A DNA stretch of 64,000 bases, from the IMG/VR virus record IMGVR_UViG_3300024264_002047. The stretch is one strand, 5' to 3'. Position 1 is the stretch's first letter. Every line of letters starts with the position of its first letter. The stretch comes from a virus. Shown here piece by piece: positions 9,182-18,695 of this stretch. The position numbers and the translations under genes were made by a program. The notes under the pieces were generated by a model. The model saw only the letters and a list, made by a program, of their open reading frames with translations. It was not told the origin of the DNA and made no database searches.

Positions 9182-10222
9182 ATGTCTCTACATAAACGCA
9201 TAGTACTTGACTTTGACGATACACTCGCATACACATCAGATCGAGATTGGGCAAACGCAACGCCTAATCTTGGTCTGATAGAAAAGTGTAATAAACTATA
9301 CGAAGCTGGTTGGATTATTGATATCTTTACAGCTCGTGGTTCTATTTCCTGTAGGAGTAGAGTTGAAGCATCAGAAAAGTACGGTCCTCAGATCGAAGAA
9401 TGGTTAAACAAACATCATGTAAAATATCATGCTCTATCTTTTGATAAACCACTTGCAGCATACTATGTTGACGACAAAGGTATTACTCCTGAAGATTTTA
9501 TAGAAACAGATATAAGAGAACTCGAAGGTGGTCTCTCAGGTTCTGATATCTATACTGATGGTAAGGTAGTACATAAGACAGCAAGAAATGCCCATGAGGC
9601 AGCAAAGTGGTTCAAAGATACTGGTGATATTGTAAACACTCCAACGATTCATAGAGTTGTAGGTAATACACTTACAATGGATTATATTGAAAACGATCCA
9701 AACTATTTTACAGACAGTCCTTATAAAGCATTGGCAATGATTCAAGAATCTCTTGATGCTTTTGATTCTATTAAACAAACTAAGTTTCTAACCTTTGATG
9801 ATTACATCGCAAGAATAGTAAGTCATGTTCAATTGGCAGACCTTGAACCATTTAATGATGTGATTGAGAAATTAGCAACAATTGAATTAGAATACGGATA
9901 TTGTCATGGAGATTTTGGTGTTAAGAACATGCTGTTTAATGAAGACAAATTGTTCTTAATTGATCCTATCCCTAACGTATTTGGTTGTCGTGAACTTGAC
10001 ATAGCAAAGTTTATCGCAAGTTTAATGATTAACCGTTACAGTTCTTCAGAACAAGATCTTGCTATTGATACACTGTTGGCTTATAATAAGTATATAGACA
10101 AGTATGACTTACTTACGCTTGTTGCTGCTGAAATTATTCGTGTATATAAGTACCATGGAGACAAAGATTTTATCATTCAGTTAGTTGACGACGTAATGGA
10201 TATGGTTGAATATGCAGGCTAA
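9182..10222 (+). CDS. HAD phosphatase fused to APH/choline-kinase-like phosphotransferase
   Basis: N-terminal DFDDTL, FTARG, KP, VDDK; C-terminal HGDFGVKN and LIDP. Confidence 0.8.
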   Translation: MSLHKRIVLDFDDTLAYTSDRDWANATPNLGLIEKCNKLYEAGWIIDIFTARGSISCRSRVEASEKYGPQIEEWLNKHHVKYHALSFDKPLAAYYVDDKGITPEDFIETDIRELEGGLSGSDIYTDGKVVHKTARNAHEAAKWFKDTGDIVNTPTIHRVVGNTLTMDYIENDPNYFTDSPYKALAMIQESLDAFDSIKQTKFLTFDDYIARIVSHVQLADLEPFNDVIEKLATIELEYGYCHGDFGVKNMLFNEDKLFLIDPIPNVFGCRELDIAKFIASLMINRYSSSEQDLAIDTLLAYNKYIDKYDLLTLVAAEIIRVYKYHGDKDFIIQLVDDVMDMVEYAG

Positions 10223-11135
10223 TAATATATTTATAGTAAGCAATAAAATCTCAAGGATTGAAAACCTTCTTGAGATGTATAATGTATACGACGAAGATAC
10301 ATATATGAATTTGCATGTTATCTTAGATGATCGGAATTGTACATATAACGTAGAAAGTATATCAGATAAGATAACAATTCACTATGCAACTGATGTGATT
10401 GCTAAAGTAAAACATTTCTTTGATGAAGAGTGGTTGTTACGAATACTTGATGTATATGGAGTGGCAATCAAATGGTTGGTCTTTCCTTATGTACATGAAA
10501 TATTAAACATCAACAGAGCAATGATGATTGATGACGATACGTTATTACTCAAGCCTGTTGACCACTATTTCTTTGAACCTTATGTATTCTATAACGAATC
10601 TGCATTAGGTATTATGGGTAAGTTTGTAGAAGTAGTACTTGATCCAATTTATAAGGATAAGGTTGATATTACTACAATGAGAACCAAACCTTATTTTAGT
10701 ATGAATTCTGGTCAGGTTGTACATACAAGAAACGATCATTATCTTGAGTTCTTTAAAAGAGCAGCTTGTAAAGATATGTATGTTCTTATTATGGAAGGTG
10801 TACACAAGTATAAAAACAAAAAAGGTTATGGTGGTTCTGTTATACCAAAGTATGGAACTCCAGGTAATAACCGATCTATGGGTGGAAAGTTTTGGTGTAT
10901 AGAACAAAACATATATGCAATTTATTATAGATGGTTATCAGAGAATGGATTTGAGGTAAGTAGGTTTGGTAGTGACGTACGTATTTGGACTACGGTTCTA
11001 AAACTCGACGCAGTGTTAAATTTTAAAACCTTCCCTGCATATATACATTATCTACCAACTGATAAAACACCACTCTATACGGTGTATGCTAAACGAGTTA
11101 AAGAAATTTTGAGGGAAGAAAATGTTTCTAGATAG
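10212..11135 (+). CDS. Putative GT-A fold glycosyltransferase
   Basis: MMIDDD (DxD), NSG, EQ, IHY pattern as in GT8-like enzymes. Confidence 0.6.
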   Translation: MQANNIFIVSNKISRIENLLEMYNVYDEDTYMNLHVILDDRNCTYNVESISDKITIHYATDVIAKVKHFFDEEWLLRILDVYGVAIKWLVFPYVHEILNINRAMMIDDDTLLLKPVDHYFFEPYVFYNESALGIMGKFVEVVLDPIYKDKVDITTMRTKPYFSMNSGQVVHTRNDHYLEFFKRAACKDMYVLIMEGVHKYKNKKGYGGSVIPKYGTPGNNRSMGGKFWCIEQNIYAIYYRWLSENGFEVSRFGSDVRIWTTVLKLDAVLNFKTFPAYIHYLPTDKTPLYTVYAKRVKEILREENVSR

Positions 11136-11556
11136 GAAAAAATTACCGGCAGATTGTAAGGTCGGATTTACATGTTCAACGTTTGATCTGTTTCATGCAG
11201 GTCATATTGTAATGCTACAAGAAGCAAAGACGTTGTGTGATTATTTAATTGTTGGATTATTGATTGACCCAACCGTGGATCGTCCTGATGCAAAGAACGC
11301 ACCAGTTCAGACTCCATTTGAAAGATACATACAGTTATCTTCTTGTAAATATGTAGACGAGGTAATACCTTTCTCAACTGAACAAGAATTGGTTGATATG
11401 ATTTTAACTATCAATCCTGATATTAGAATTGTTGGTGAAGAATACAAAGATGTTGAGCATACTGGAAAAGGTTTATGTCCTGTTCATTATAATCGTAGAA
11501 GGCATTCTTTCAGTTCGTCAGAGCTCAGACAACGTGTGGTCAATTCGGATAAATAA
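11122..11556 (+). CDS. Cytidylyltransferase (TagD-like, glycerol-3-phosphate cytidylyltransferase family)
   Basis: TFDLFHAGH (HxGH), YVDEV, C-terminal SSSELR. Confidence 0.88.
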   Translation: MFLDRKKLPADCKVGFTCSTFDLFHAGHIVMLQEAKTLCDYLIVGLLIDPTVDRPDAKNAPVQTPFERYIQLSSCKYVDEVIPFSTEQELVDMILTINPDIRIVGEEYKDVEHTGKGLCPVHYNRRRHSFSSSELRQRVVNSDK

Positions 11557-11583
11557 ATTTAACAGAACGGCAAACTTTATATT

Positions 11584-12825
11584 ATGAAAAACATTGGATT
11601 TGGAAAGATCGGTAAATCGGTCAAGTTTAAGCGGAATCGCTTCTCTCCTATTGGTGGAGACAACGAGCCGTCTACAGTACTTATTGCACTCGCAAATAAT
11701 AACCCAGACAAAACATTTTACATTATCGGACGATCTGATTTCAGTACTCTAAATGAGTCTGAATCATTGGAGTTGTTTCCCTTTGATAATGTAATTGATA
11801 TTTGGAAAGGTATTAAAAACAAAGACGAAGATAGATTCTTTAATCACGTAATTGATTACTTTAAGAGTAGGTCAATGAAATTAGACTATACTGTTTTAAT
11901 GGTTGGTCAAGTTGGTACTGTTACCATTCCAGGTAAAATTGAACAAGTTAAAGATCGTACGCTTAAAGCTTCTGTGATTGATATGACAAAGAATTATACA
12001 TCACCAATTGCGATTTGGATTAACGAAGAGAATCCTGATTATGTTGAGATTGTAAACGATCCTCGGTATGTCATGAATCAATCAAGAGACATATTCAATC
12101 TACCAAATATATCTTTAGGTCAATACGATTACGAATATAAAGTAAGTAGTATTAAATCTTACGAAGAACAAGATCGTTACGACAGATCAATGCCTTCAAC
12201 ATATGCAGGAATGGAAACTTGTTTCTGTATTAACTATCAACACACTGAACAGTTCAATTTAAATCGTAATGTTCCTTTCATGGTTATTCTCAATGAAGCA
12301 AAGCCTTCAAGATATAATTTATTAAAGGACTGGGTATTAGATGAACATGACGATGTTGAGATCTACGGTAAATGGGAACATCCTAATACCGAAACAGACG
12401 CAAGGTTCAAAGGATCTATTCATCTTGATGATGTAATGGCTAAAATGAACAATGTTAAATTTACTTTTATTATTCCAATCGCAAAAGGTTGGGTAACTTC
12501 AAAGTATATTGAAATGGTACATGCTGGTGTGATACCGTTCTTGCATCCATCTTATGATGAACAAGGGCATTTGCCAATACCAGAATTTTTAAGACCAAAG
12601 ACTCCTGCTGAATTTAAAGAAAGGATGGATAGGTTATTAAATAACGAACAGGAATATGAATCGGTAATTACAGGACTGCGTAAACTATTATGCAAACCTG
12701 AATATTACGATGGAACATTCTTAAACAATAAAATTATGACAGCGATTGATAATGATTATGTTGCCCCCAATGTAATGGAATTTGATAAGAAAGTAGCTGC
12801 AACACTTGAGGACTTTTTCGGATGA
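11584..12825 (+). CDS. Putative GT-B fold glycosyltransferase, possibly DNA-modifying
   Basis: GGDNE N-terminal loop, NDPR, IYGKW, SKYIE..HAGVIPF; ends TLEDFFG. Confidence 0.6.
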   Translation: MKNIGFGKIGKSVKFKRNRFSPIGGDNEPSTVLIALANNNPDKTFYIIGRSDFSTLNESESLELFPFDNVIDIWKGIKNKDEDRFFNHVIDYFKSRSMKLDYTVLMVGQVGTVTIPGKIEQVKDRTLKASVIDMTKNYTSPIAIWINEENPDYVEIVNDPRYVMNQSRDIFNLPNISLGQYDYEYKVSSIKSYEEQDRYDRSMPSTYAGMETCFCINYQHTEQFNLNRNVPFMVILNEAKPSRYNLLKDWVLDEHDDVEIYGKWEHPNTETDARFKGSIHLDDVMAKMNNVKFTFIIPIAKGWVTSKYIEMVHAGVIPFLHPSYDEQGHLPIPEFLRPKTPAEFKERMDRLLNNEQEYESVITGLRKLLCKPEYYDGTFLNNKIMTAIDNDYVAPNVMEFDKKVAATLEDFFG

Positions 12826-14048
12826 ACAAGAAAGAAATAACATGGGCTCCACTTATTCCACTTATCGGTGGACAAATGCTAGGCGCAGAAAAGGCGTTTG
12901 GTAAACCACCTGAAGCAATCTACTCTTATGGTGGATTTGAGGATAACGATAGTCATTATGTAAACTATCAACAAAATACAAAAGGACGTGATATTCCTTA
13001 TATTAAACTTGATGAAGCAGAGCCTGGTCAAATCAAACAGGTTGATGTTGTTTCTGGTACTCCACCTTGTGCTGCATTATCTCAATTGAATACAGGAACA
13101 ACCGGAGAGAGTAAAGGTGCAGGTTGTGCTAAGAACGAATTTATGTATATGGTCTTTCAAGATGGTATTGATAAACTTGGTGCAAAGGTAGTCATCGTTG
13201 AGAATGCTCCTGCATTGTTTACAAATAAAGGACGTCCTGTAGCGAATCGACTGTACGAAATTTGCGCTGAGAGAGGTTATTCTTTGTCCCTATATAAAAC
13301 ATCGACGAGATTCCACGGAGTTCCACAGGGACGCGACAGGACTTTCGCGATTGGTTGGAAGTCAGAGTCCGCTCCTGTAATGAACTGGTATAATAAAGAT
13401 AGAAAAGATTTTAAAGAATACCTTCAAGAGATTCCAGTTGATGCGTTACATCAGGATTTGATTATTAATAAACATGTACCTGACGAACCGTATTACAATT
13501 TCATCAAGACAAAGACTAACAGAGAAGTTAGAGAGTTGATGGTTGAAGAGAATGTTAAGACAACTCTGAATTACGTTTGTAAGAAAGGTTGGATGAAAGA
13601 AGCTAACGAATGGTTCCATAAGACAGGCAATGAGAAAGGTATTAAATATTCCGACCACGCAATTATGAAGTTTGCTGATGGCAAAGGTGTATGGGATGGT
13701 TCAGTACATGTCTTTGGTGAATATATGAATGCAGTGATTGGTCGTAATATGGTTGACACGATGCATCCAACAGAAGAACGATCCTTAACGATTAGAGAAG
13801 CATTACACCTAATGGGCTTTCCTGAAGACTTTGAGTTGTTACATGGTTTAAAGAAAATGAATCATATTGCTCAAAACGTTCCTGTACCAACATCAAGGGA
13901 TTTACATACAGAGATTGGCAAGTTTCTAACAGGCAAGTTAGATTTATCAGATACTACTTATTTGAGACAGAACAATCATAAACAATTAATGGAGCTTGAT
14001 CCTAACGGCGTAGATACAACTCCAAATTTATCTGAATTCTTTGGATAA
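12822..14048 (+). CDS. C5-cytosine DNA methyltransferase-like protein with atypical SAM motif
   Basis: Motif IV GTPPC, VI ENAP, VIII PQGRDR, IX RSLTIREALHLMGFP, X QNVP; motif I reads IPLIGG. Confidence 0.8.
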   Translation: MNKKEITWAPLIPLIGGQMLGAEKAFGKPPEAIYSYGGFEDNDSHYVNYQQNTKGRDIPYIKLDEAEPGQIKQVDVVSGTPPCAALSQLNTGTTGESKGAGCAKNEFMYMVFQDGIDKLGAKVVIVENAPALFTNKGRPVANRLYEICAERGYSLSLYKTSTRFHGVPQGRDRTFAIGWKSESAPVMNWYNKDRKDFKEYLQEIPVDALHQDLIINKHVPDEPYYNFIKTKTNREVRELMVEENVKTTLNYVCKKGWMKEANEWFHKTGNEKGIKYSDHAIMKFADGKGVWDGSVHVFGEYMNAVIGRNMVDTMHPTEERSLTIREALHLMGFPEDFELLHGLKKMNHIAQNVPVPTSRDLHTEIGKFLTGKLDLSDTTYLRQNNHKQLMELDPNGVDTTPNLSEFFG

Positions 14049-14053
14049 AACTA

Positions 14054-14082
14054 TTGACATGACTAGTAAAGTTTGTTATAAT
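14054..14082 (+). promoter_or_regulatory. sigma70-type early promoter
   Basis: TTGACA-N17-TATAAT. Confidence 0.85.
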
Positions 14083-14107
14083 AGTATATTAAATTAAAGG
14101 TAAACAT

Positions 14108-14746
14108 ATGAGAAACGATTTAATTATCGACTTCGAGACAATGGGACAAGATGTTCATAACTGTGCAGTCATTGATGTATCTGTAATGGTATTTCAGTGG
14201 GACAAGTTTACATCAAATGATCCTTACAATCTGAGTGATGTATTCAAGGCAAAGAAATTTAAATTGGATGTAGCAGAACAAGTAAAGAACTATGGTTGGG
14301 TAGTCGATAAAGGCACTCTCGACTTTTGGTCAAAACAAGATTCAGAAGTAAGAAAGAATATTGCTCCTAAAAGTTCAGACCTATCGGTTGAAGACTTTGT
14401 GAAACAGTTTACTGACTTTTTAATTGACGGACCAAAGATTGATTATTGGTGGTCAAGATCTAATTCATTCGACCCAGTAATATTAGAAAGACTATTTAAG
14501 TCTCAAAATAAAATCGGTCATCTACAAAACAAACTAAAGCATTGGACAGTTAGAGATACAAGAACATTCATTGATGCAAAGTTTGATTTCGGTTTAAAGA
14601 AGAACGGATTCCCTCCTTGTGCAAACGAAGAAAAGTGGGATTCTGTTTTTAAAGCACACGATTCTGCATGGGACATATTGGCTGATGTATTAAGATTACA
14701 GTCAATCACCAGAGCAGAAAATGATATGGAGCAAATTACAGTATGA
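14108..14746 (+). CDS. dexA: 3'-5' exonuclease A (DEDDh)
   Basis: IIDFET, SFDPVIL, RDTRT, HDSAWD. Confidence 0.85.
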   Translation: MRNDLIIDFETMGQDVHNCAVIDVSVMVFQWDKFTSNDPYNLSDVFKAKKFKLDVAEQVKNYGWVVDKGTLDFWSKQDSEVRKNIAPKSSDLSVEDFVKQFTDFLIDGPKIDYWWSRSNSFDPVILERLFKSQNKIGHLQNKLKHWTVRDTRTFIDAKFDFGLKKNGFPPCANEEKWDSVFKAHDSAWDILADVLRLQSITRAENDMEQITV

Positions 14747-15612
14747 AGCTAGAAGTTAAGACAGAAGATTTACAAAAACAACGGTTGTTCGTTGGCACAC
14801 CAATGTATGGTGGTCAATGTACTGGTTTATATACCAAGTCAACTAATGATCTGAGCATGTTAGCATCTACTCATAAAATTCCACTGAAGTACTACTTTCT
14901 ATTCAATGAGAGTCTAATTCAAAGAGCAAGGAATTATATTGTAGATGAGTTCCTAAGATCAGACTGCACGCACTTATTGTTTATTGATGCTGATATTGGA
15001 TTTGATCCAAGAGACGCGTTAGCATTACTTGCGTTACAAGTTTCAGATCCAGAAAAATATGATATCGTCTGTGGACCATATCCTAAAAAGACAATTGCAT
15101 GGGAAAAGGTTTCTATCGCTGCTCAACAAGGCAACGGTAAAGATAATCCATTTGACTTAGAAAAATTTACATCAGATTTTGTTTTCAATCCGGTTAGCGG
15201 AACGAAATCATTTAAACTCTCGGAACCTGTTGAAGTTGCAGAAGGCGGTACTGGGTTTATGTTAATTACAAGAGAGGCGTTAGAGAAATATCGTGACACC
15301 TATCCTGAATTTGCATATAAACCAGATCACGTTAGAACAGAACAATTTGACGGTACTCGAGATATTCATGCTTTCTTCGACTGTGTCATCGACCCAGAAA
15401 CAAGAAGGTACTTGTCTGAAGATTACTTCTTCTGTAAGATGGCTCGCAAAGCTGACCTTTCAGTATGGATGTGTCCTTGGATGAAACTTAACCATGTTGG
15501 GTCATATATCTTTAAAGGTGATATGGGAAGTCTAGGCCAATTAGGTGTTACAGCAACTGCTGATAACAAATCTAATAAGAAATCTTACAATCCTATTGAC
15601 AAAGCCAAGTAA
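14743..15612 (+). CDS. GT-A fold glycosyltransferase-like protein
   Basis: GTPMYGG, RARN, LLFIDAD, GTGFMLI, SEDYFFC, HVG. Confidence 0.7.
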   Translation: MKLEVKTEDLQKQRLFVGTPMYGGQCTGLYTKSTNDLSMLASTHKIPLKYYFLFNESLIQRARNYIVDEFLRSDCTHLLFIDADIGFDPRDALALLALQVSDPEKYDIVCGPYPKKTIAWEKVSIAAQQGNGKDNPFDLEKFTSDFVFNPVSGTKSFKLSEPVEVAEGGTGFMLITREALEKYRDTYPEFAYKPDHVRTEQFDGTRDIHAFFDCVIDPETRRYLSEDYFFCKMARKADLSVWMCPWMKLNHVGSYIFKGDMGSLGQLGVTATADNKSNKKSYNPIDKAK

Positions 15613-15624
15613 TTGGTATATAAT
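15596..15624 (+). promoter_or_regulatory. sigma70-type early promoter
   Basis: TTGACA-N17-TATAAT upstream of gp45. Confidence 0.85.
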
Positions 15625-15660
15625 ATACAACAATATTAACTAAATGGAGAAATTTATATA

Positions 15661-16323
15661 ATGAAATTTTCTAACGAAACCTTGACGGTCTTAAAAAGTT
15701 TTACTGCTATCAATAAGTCAATCTTATTGGCCAGTGGTAATGTTATTAAGACTATAACTCCAGAGAAAACATTGATTGCGATCGCTGACATACCAGATGA
15801 AATTCCTTCTGATGCGTGTGTTTACGATCTTTCAAGATTTTTATCAATTTTATCTCTGTACAATGATCCGGATGTGGAGTTTTTTGATAAATACTTTATT
15901 ATATCGGAAGGTAAGCGCAGAACTAAGTACGTGTTTGCTGATCTCTCGATGATCCATACTCCACCAGAAAAGGATATTACTATTCCTTCTGCTGATGTAA
16001 CGGTATCGGTCACTGACGGAGATTTGTCTTCAGTATTGAAGGCAGCAGGGGTATTACAATTTTCAGAGATTGCATTTGTAGGCGAAGGCGGCAAATGTTA
16101 TCTGAAAGCGATCGACAGTTCCAACAACGGTGCAGATGACTTTGGTATCGAAATTGGTGAAGCTGTTGATGATTTTCAAATTATCATTAAAACTGATAAC
16201 TTGAAATTAATGCCATTAGATTATGAGGTTACTCTTTGTTCAAAAGGTATCTCAGAATTTAAAGGAAAAGGTGTTACGTATTACGTAGCGATAGATTCAA
16301 AGTCGACTTATAACAAAAGGTAA
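15661..16323 (+). CDS. gp45: Sliding clamp
   Basis: MKFSNETL..LK.F..IN.SI, YDLSRFL, Y.VA; synteny with gp44/62. Confidence 0.93.
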   Translation: MKFSNETLTVLKSFTAINKSILLASGNVIKTITPEKTLIAIADIPDEIPSDACVYDLSRFLSILSLYNDPDVEFFDKYFIISEGKRRTKYVFADLSMIHTPPEKDITIPSADVTVSVTDGDLSSVLKAAGVLQFSEIAFVGEGGKCYLKAIDSSNNGADDFGIEIGEAVDDFQIIIKTDNLKLMPLDYEVTLCSKGISEFKGKGVTYYVAIDSKSTYNKR

Positions 16324-16328
16324 ACATT

Positions 16329-16619
16329 ATGAATGAACCAGTACAAGGTAATTTTGGCCAAGAAGGTCAAGAACAAGAAGTGGTAATCAATCTTGGAGAT
16401 TTATCTACTGTGTTGCAGATTATTGACATAGTCTCACAACGTGGTGGATTCCAAGGGCAAGAACTTGCCGGTGTCGGAACGCTAAGAAATAAACTCGAAG
16501 CATTCCTACGTCAAAAAGGACCTCAGCAACCAGACGCGCGAGCGATTGGTGAACAGGATGCCGCCATTGATGTTTCAGCGCCCGCCCAAGGCGAGTTAGC
16601 TGATAAAGTTGTTGGTTAA
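16329..16619 (+). CDS. Hypothetical protein
   Basis: 96-aa ORF between gp45 and gp44; IID...RG.F.G.EL..VG motif. Confidence 0.7.
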   Translation: MNEPVQGNFGQEGQEQEVVINLGDLSTVLQIIDIVSQRGGFQGQELAGVGTLRNKLEAFLRQKGPQQPDARAIGEQDAAIDVSAPAQGELADKVVG

Positions 16620-16636
16620 ACAATAACTCATTTCTC

Positions 16637-16680
16637 GAGAAGTGAGGGTGGAAACACCCTCGCGTTTTCTCAAATTTTTT
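16637..16680 (+). terminator. Stem-loop (terminator or processing site) before gp44
   Basis: GAGGGTG-GAAA-CACCCTC hairpin with extended pairing and following T-runs. Confidence 0.55.
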
Positions 16681-16702
16681 TATATTATGTTTATGGTGAA
16701 TT

Positions 16703-17656
16703 ATGATTGATGCAAAATCAAACGAAGTCTTATGGGTTGAGAAGTACCGTCCACAAATCGTTGATGATACTATTCTACCAAACAAGACAAAAGAAACATT
16801 CCGTAAGTTCGTATCAGACGGCAGTGTTCCAAATCTATTATTAACAGGTGGTCCAGGTGTAGGTAAAACTACAATTGCCAAAGCCATGCTTGAAGAACTC
16901 GGTTGCGATTATATCGTAAAGAATGGTTCTCTTAACGTTAATATTGATACCCTCCGATACGATATCTCAACATTCGCTTCCGCAGTATCTCTAACAGGTA
17001 CAGGTCGTAAGTATGTAATCTTCGATGAAGCAGATTATTTGAACGCAGCTAATGTCCAACCGGCATTACGTAACTTTATTGAAGAGTATAGTTCAAACTG
17101 TGGCTTTATCTTTACTTGTAATTTCAAGAATCGTATTATCAGTCCATTACGTTCAAGGTTATCAGAAGTAGACTTTACTATTGATACAGCTGACCGTCCA
17201 CAAATGGCTATGGAGTTCTTCAAAAGAGTTAAGGCAATACTTGACCAAGAAGAAGTCGAATACGATACTAAAGTTGTTGCTAAAGTAATTGAGAAACACT
17301 TCCCTGATTTCCGTAGAGTATTAACTGAACTACAATCATACGCAGCTTCTGGTAAAATTGATGAAGGTATCTTTGTTAATTTAAAACAAGAATCTATTGA
17401 TGATGTATTTCGTTTACTCAAAGCAAAGCAATTTACTGAAATGCGCAAATGGGTTGCCAAGAACTCAGATCAAGATATGAATGAAATGTTTCGTCGTATC
17501 TATGATATGTGTTCTGATAAGGTAACACTACAATCACAAGCAGGCTTTATTGTTACTCTTGCTGATTATATGTATAAGTCAGGATTGGTTGCTGACCAGG
17601 AAATTAATATGGTTGCGTTCTTAACTGAAGTTATGATTGAATGTGAGTACACGTAA
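16703..17656 (+). CDS. gp44: Clamp loader AAA+ subunit
   Basis: WVEKYRP, GGPGVGKTT, FDEAD, LRSR, PDFRR. Confidence 0.96.
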   Translation: MIDAKSNEVLWVEKYRPQIVDDTILPNKTKETFRKFVSDGSVPNLLLTGGPGVGKTTIAKAMLEELGCDYIVKNGSLNVNIDTLRYDISTFASAVSLTGTGRKYVIFDEADYLNAANVQPALRNFIEEYSSNCGFIFTCNFKNRIISPLRSRLSEVDFTIDTADRPQMAMEFFKRVKAILDQEEVEYDTKVVAKVIEKHFPDFRRVLTELQSYAASGKIDEGIFVNLKQESIDDVFRLLKAKQFTEMRKWVAKNSDQDMNEMFRRIYDMCSDKVTLQSQAGFIVTLADYMYKSGLVADQEINMVAFLTEVMIECEYT

Positions 17657-17841
17657 TGATTGGAAAACTTGAATGTTTTAACTGTGGTACCAAGACATCC
17701 AAAAAGAAATCATTTACAGTTGAAATGAATACTGAAGAAGGCAAAACTAAACTTACTCTTTGTGATAAGTGCGGTTCTCGCTTCGACGTTATGGTAAAAG
17801 AATACGAGGAGCTGATTGATGAAAGATCTAACACCCTTTGA
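17656..17841 (+). CDS. Small zinc-finger protein
   Basis: CFNC...CDKC; coupled to gp44 stop. Confidence 0.6.
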   Translation: MIGKLECFNCGTKTSKKKSFTVEMNTEEGKTKLTLCDKCGSRFDVMVKEYEELIDERSNTL

Positions 17842-18211
17842 TTTTATGAACGCTGCAAGCTTTTCTAAGGAAGATTTAATTCGCAATAGCGATATACCTG
17901 AACACACTGAAAAGATGTATACGCCTTATGTGGTGAACCGTGGCTTTACAAATTTTGAGGACACTATCTTACATGCAAACGAAATGAATATGCGTCATGG
18001 TTTGTTTGATGGAGCACAGTTTGATTATTATCGTTCTGTACTTCGCAAGCGTAAGAGGTTCTCTAAATGGCCTAAGGCCGATAAGAACAATAACCTAGAT
18101 GTTATCCAACAAGTATATCAATGTAACCGAACTGTTGCCAAACAATATCTTAAAGTATTGAATAAAGAACAGCTCCAAACTATCCATGATAAAGTTAATG
18201 AAGGTGGCTAA
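17819..18211 (+). CDS. gp62: Clamp loader small subunit
   Basis: Y.PY.VNR, ANEMN, RKRKRFSKW; synteny. Confidence 0.9.
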   Translation: MKDLTPFDFMNAASFSKEDLIRNSDIPEHTEKMYTPYVVNRGFTNFEDTILHANEMNMRHGLFDGAQFDYYRSVLRKRKRFSKWPKADKNNNLDVIQQVYQCNRTVAKQYLKVLNKEQLQTIHDKVNEGG

Positions 18212-18222
18212 GTTATGATTAT

Positions 18223-18230
18223 TATAAATA
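18223..18230 (+). promoter_or_regulatory. T4-type late promoter
   Basis: TATAAATA upstream of regA. Confidence 0.6.
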
Positions 18231-18290
18231 ATCTGATATGGTATAATACCATTGCCACTAACTATAATAATTAACAGGTGAATATAAATC

Positions 18291-18692
18291 ATGGACACAG
18301 ATATTTTCAAAGGAGTCGGTGTCGAAGTTGAATTGCCCACGCAGGATTCTTTCCTTAAGGTAAAAGAAACATTGACTCGAATTGGCATCTCAAGCCGCAA
18401 GGAAAAAAAGTTATATCAGTCTTGTCATATCCTACACAAACAGGGTAGGTACTCAATACTACATTTTAAAGAATTGTTTATTTTAGACGGAAAGCATAAC
18501 ACGTTAACAGAAGAAGATATATCACGTCGTAATACGATTGTGAACTTATTGGAAGAATGGGAACTTGTTAAGATCGTCGATCCTTCAAAAACGAAAGATC
18601 CGGTTGCTTCTCTAAATCAAATTAAAATCATTTCATTTAAAGAAAAGAGTGATTGGGATCTGACAGTCAAGTATAATATTGGTAAAAAATAA
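18291..18692 (+). CDS. regA: Translational repressor RegA
   Basis: FLKVKETLTRIGI, LYQSCHILHKQGRY, HFKELF. Confidence 0.96.
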   Translation: MDTDIFKGVGVEVELPTQDSFLKVKETLTRIGISSRKEKKLYQSCHILHKQGRYSILHFKELFILDGKHNTLTEEDISRRNTIVNLLEEWELVKIVDPSKTKDPVASLNQIKIISFKEKSDWDLTVKYNIGKK

Positions 18693-18695
18693 CTA

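Noticed and set aside
16420-17460. Minus-strand ORFs of 155 and 141 aa
   Set aside because: Antisense to well-supported gp44 and its upstream gene; no motifs
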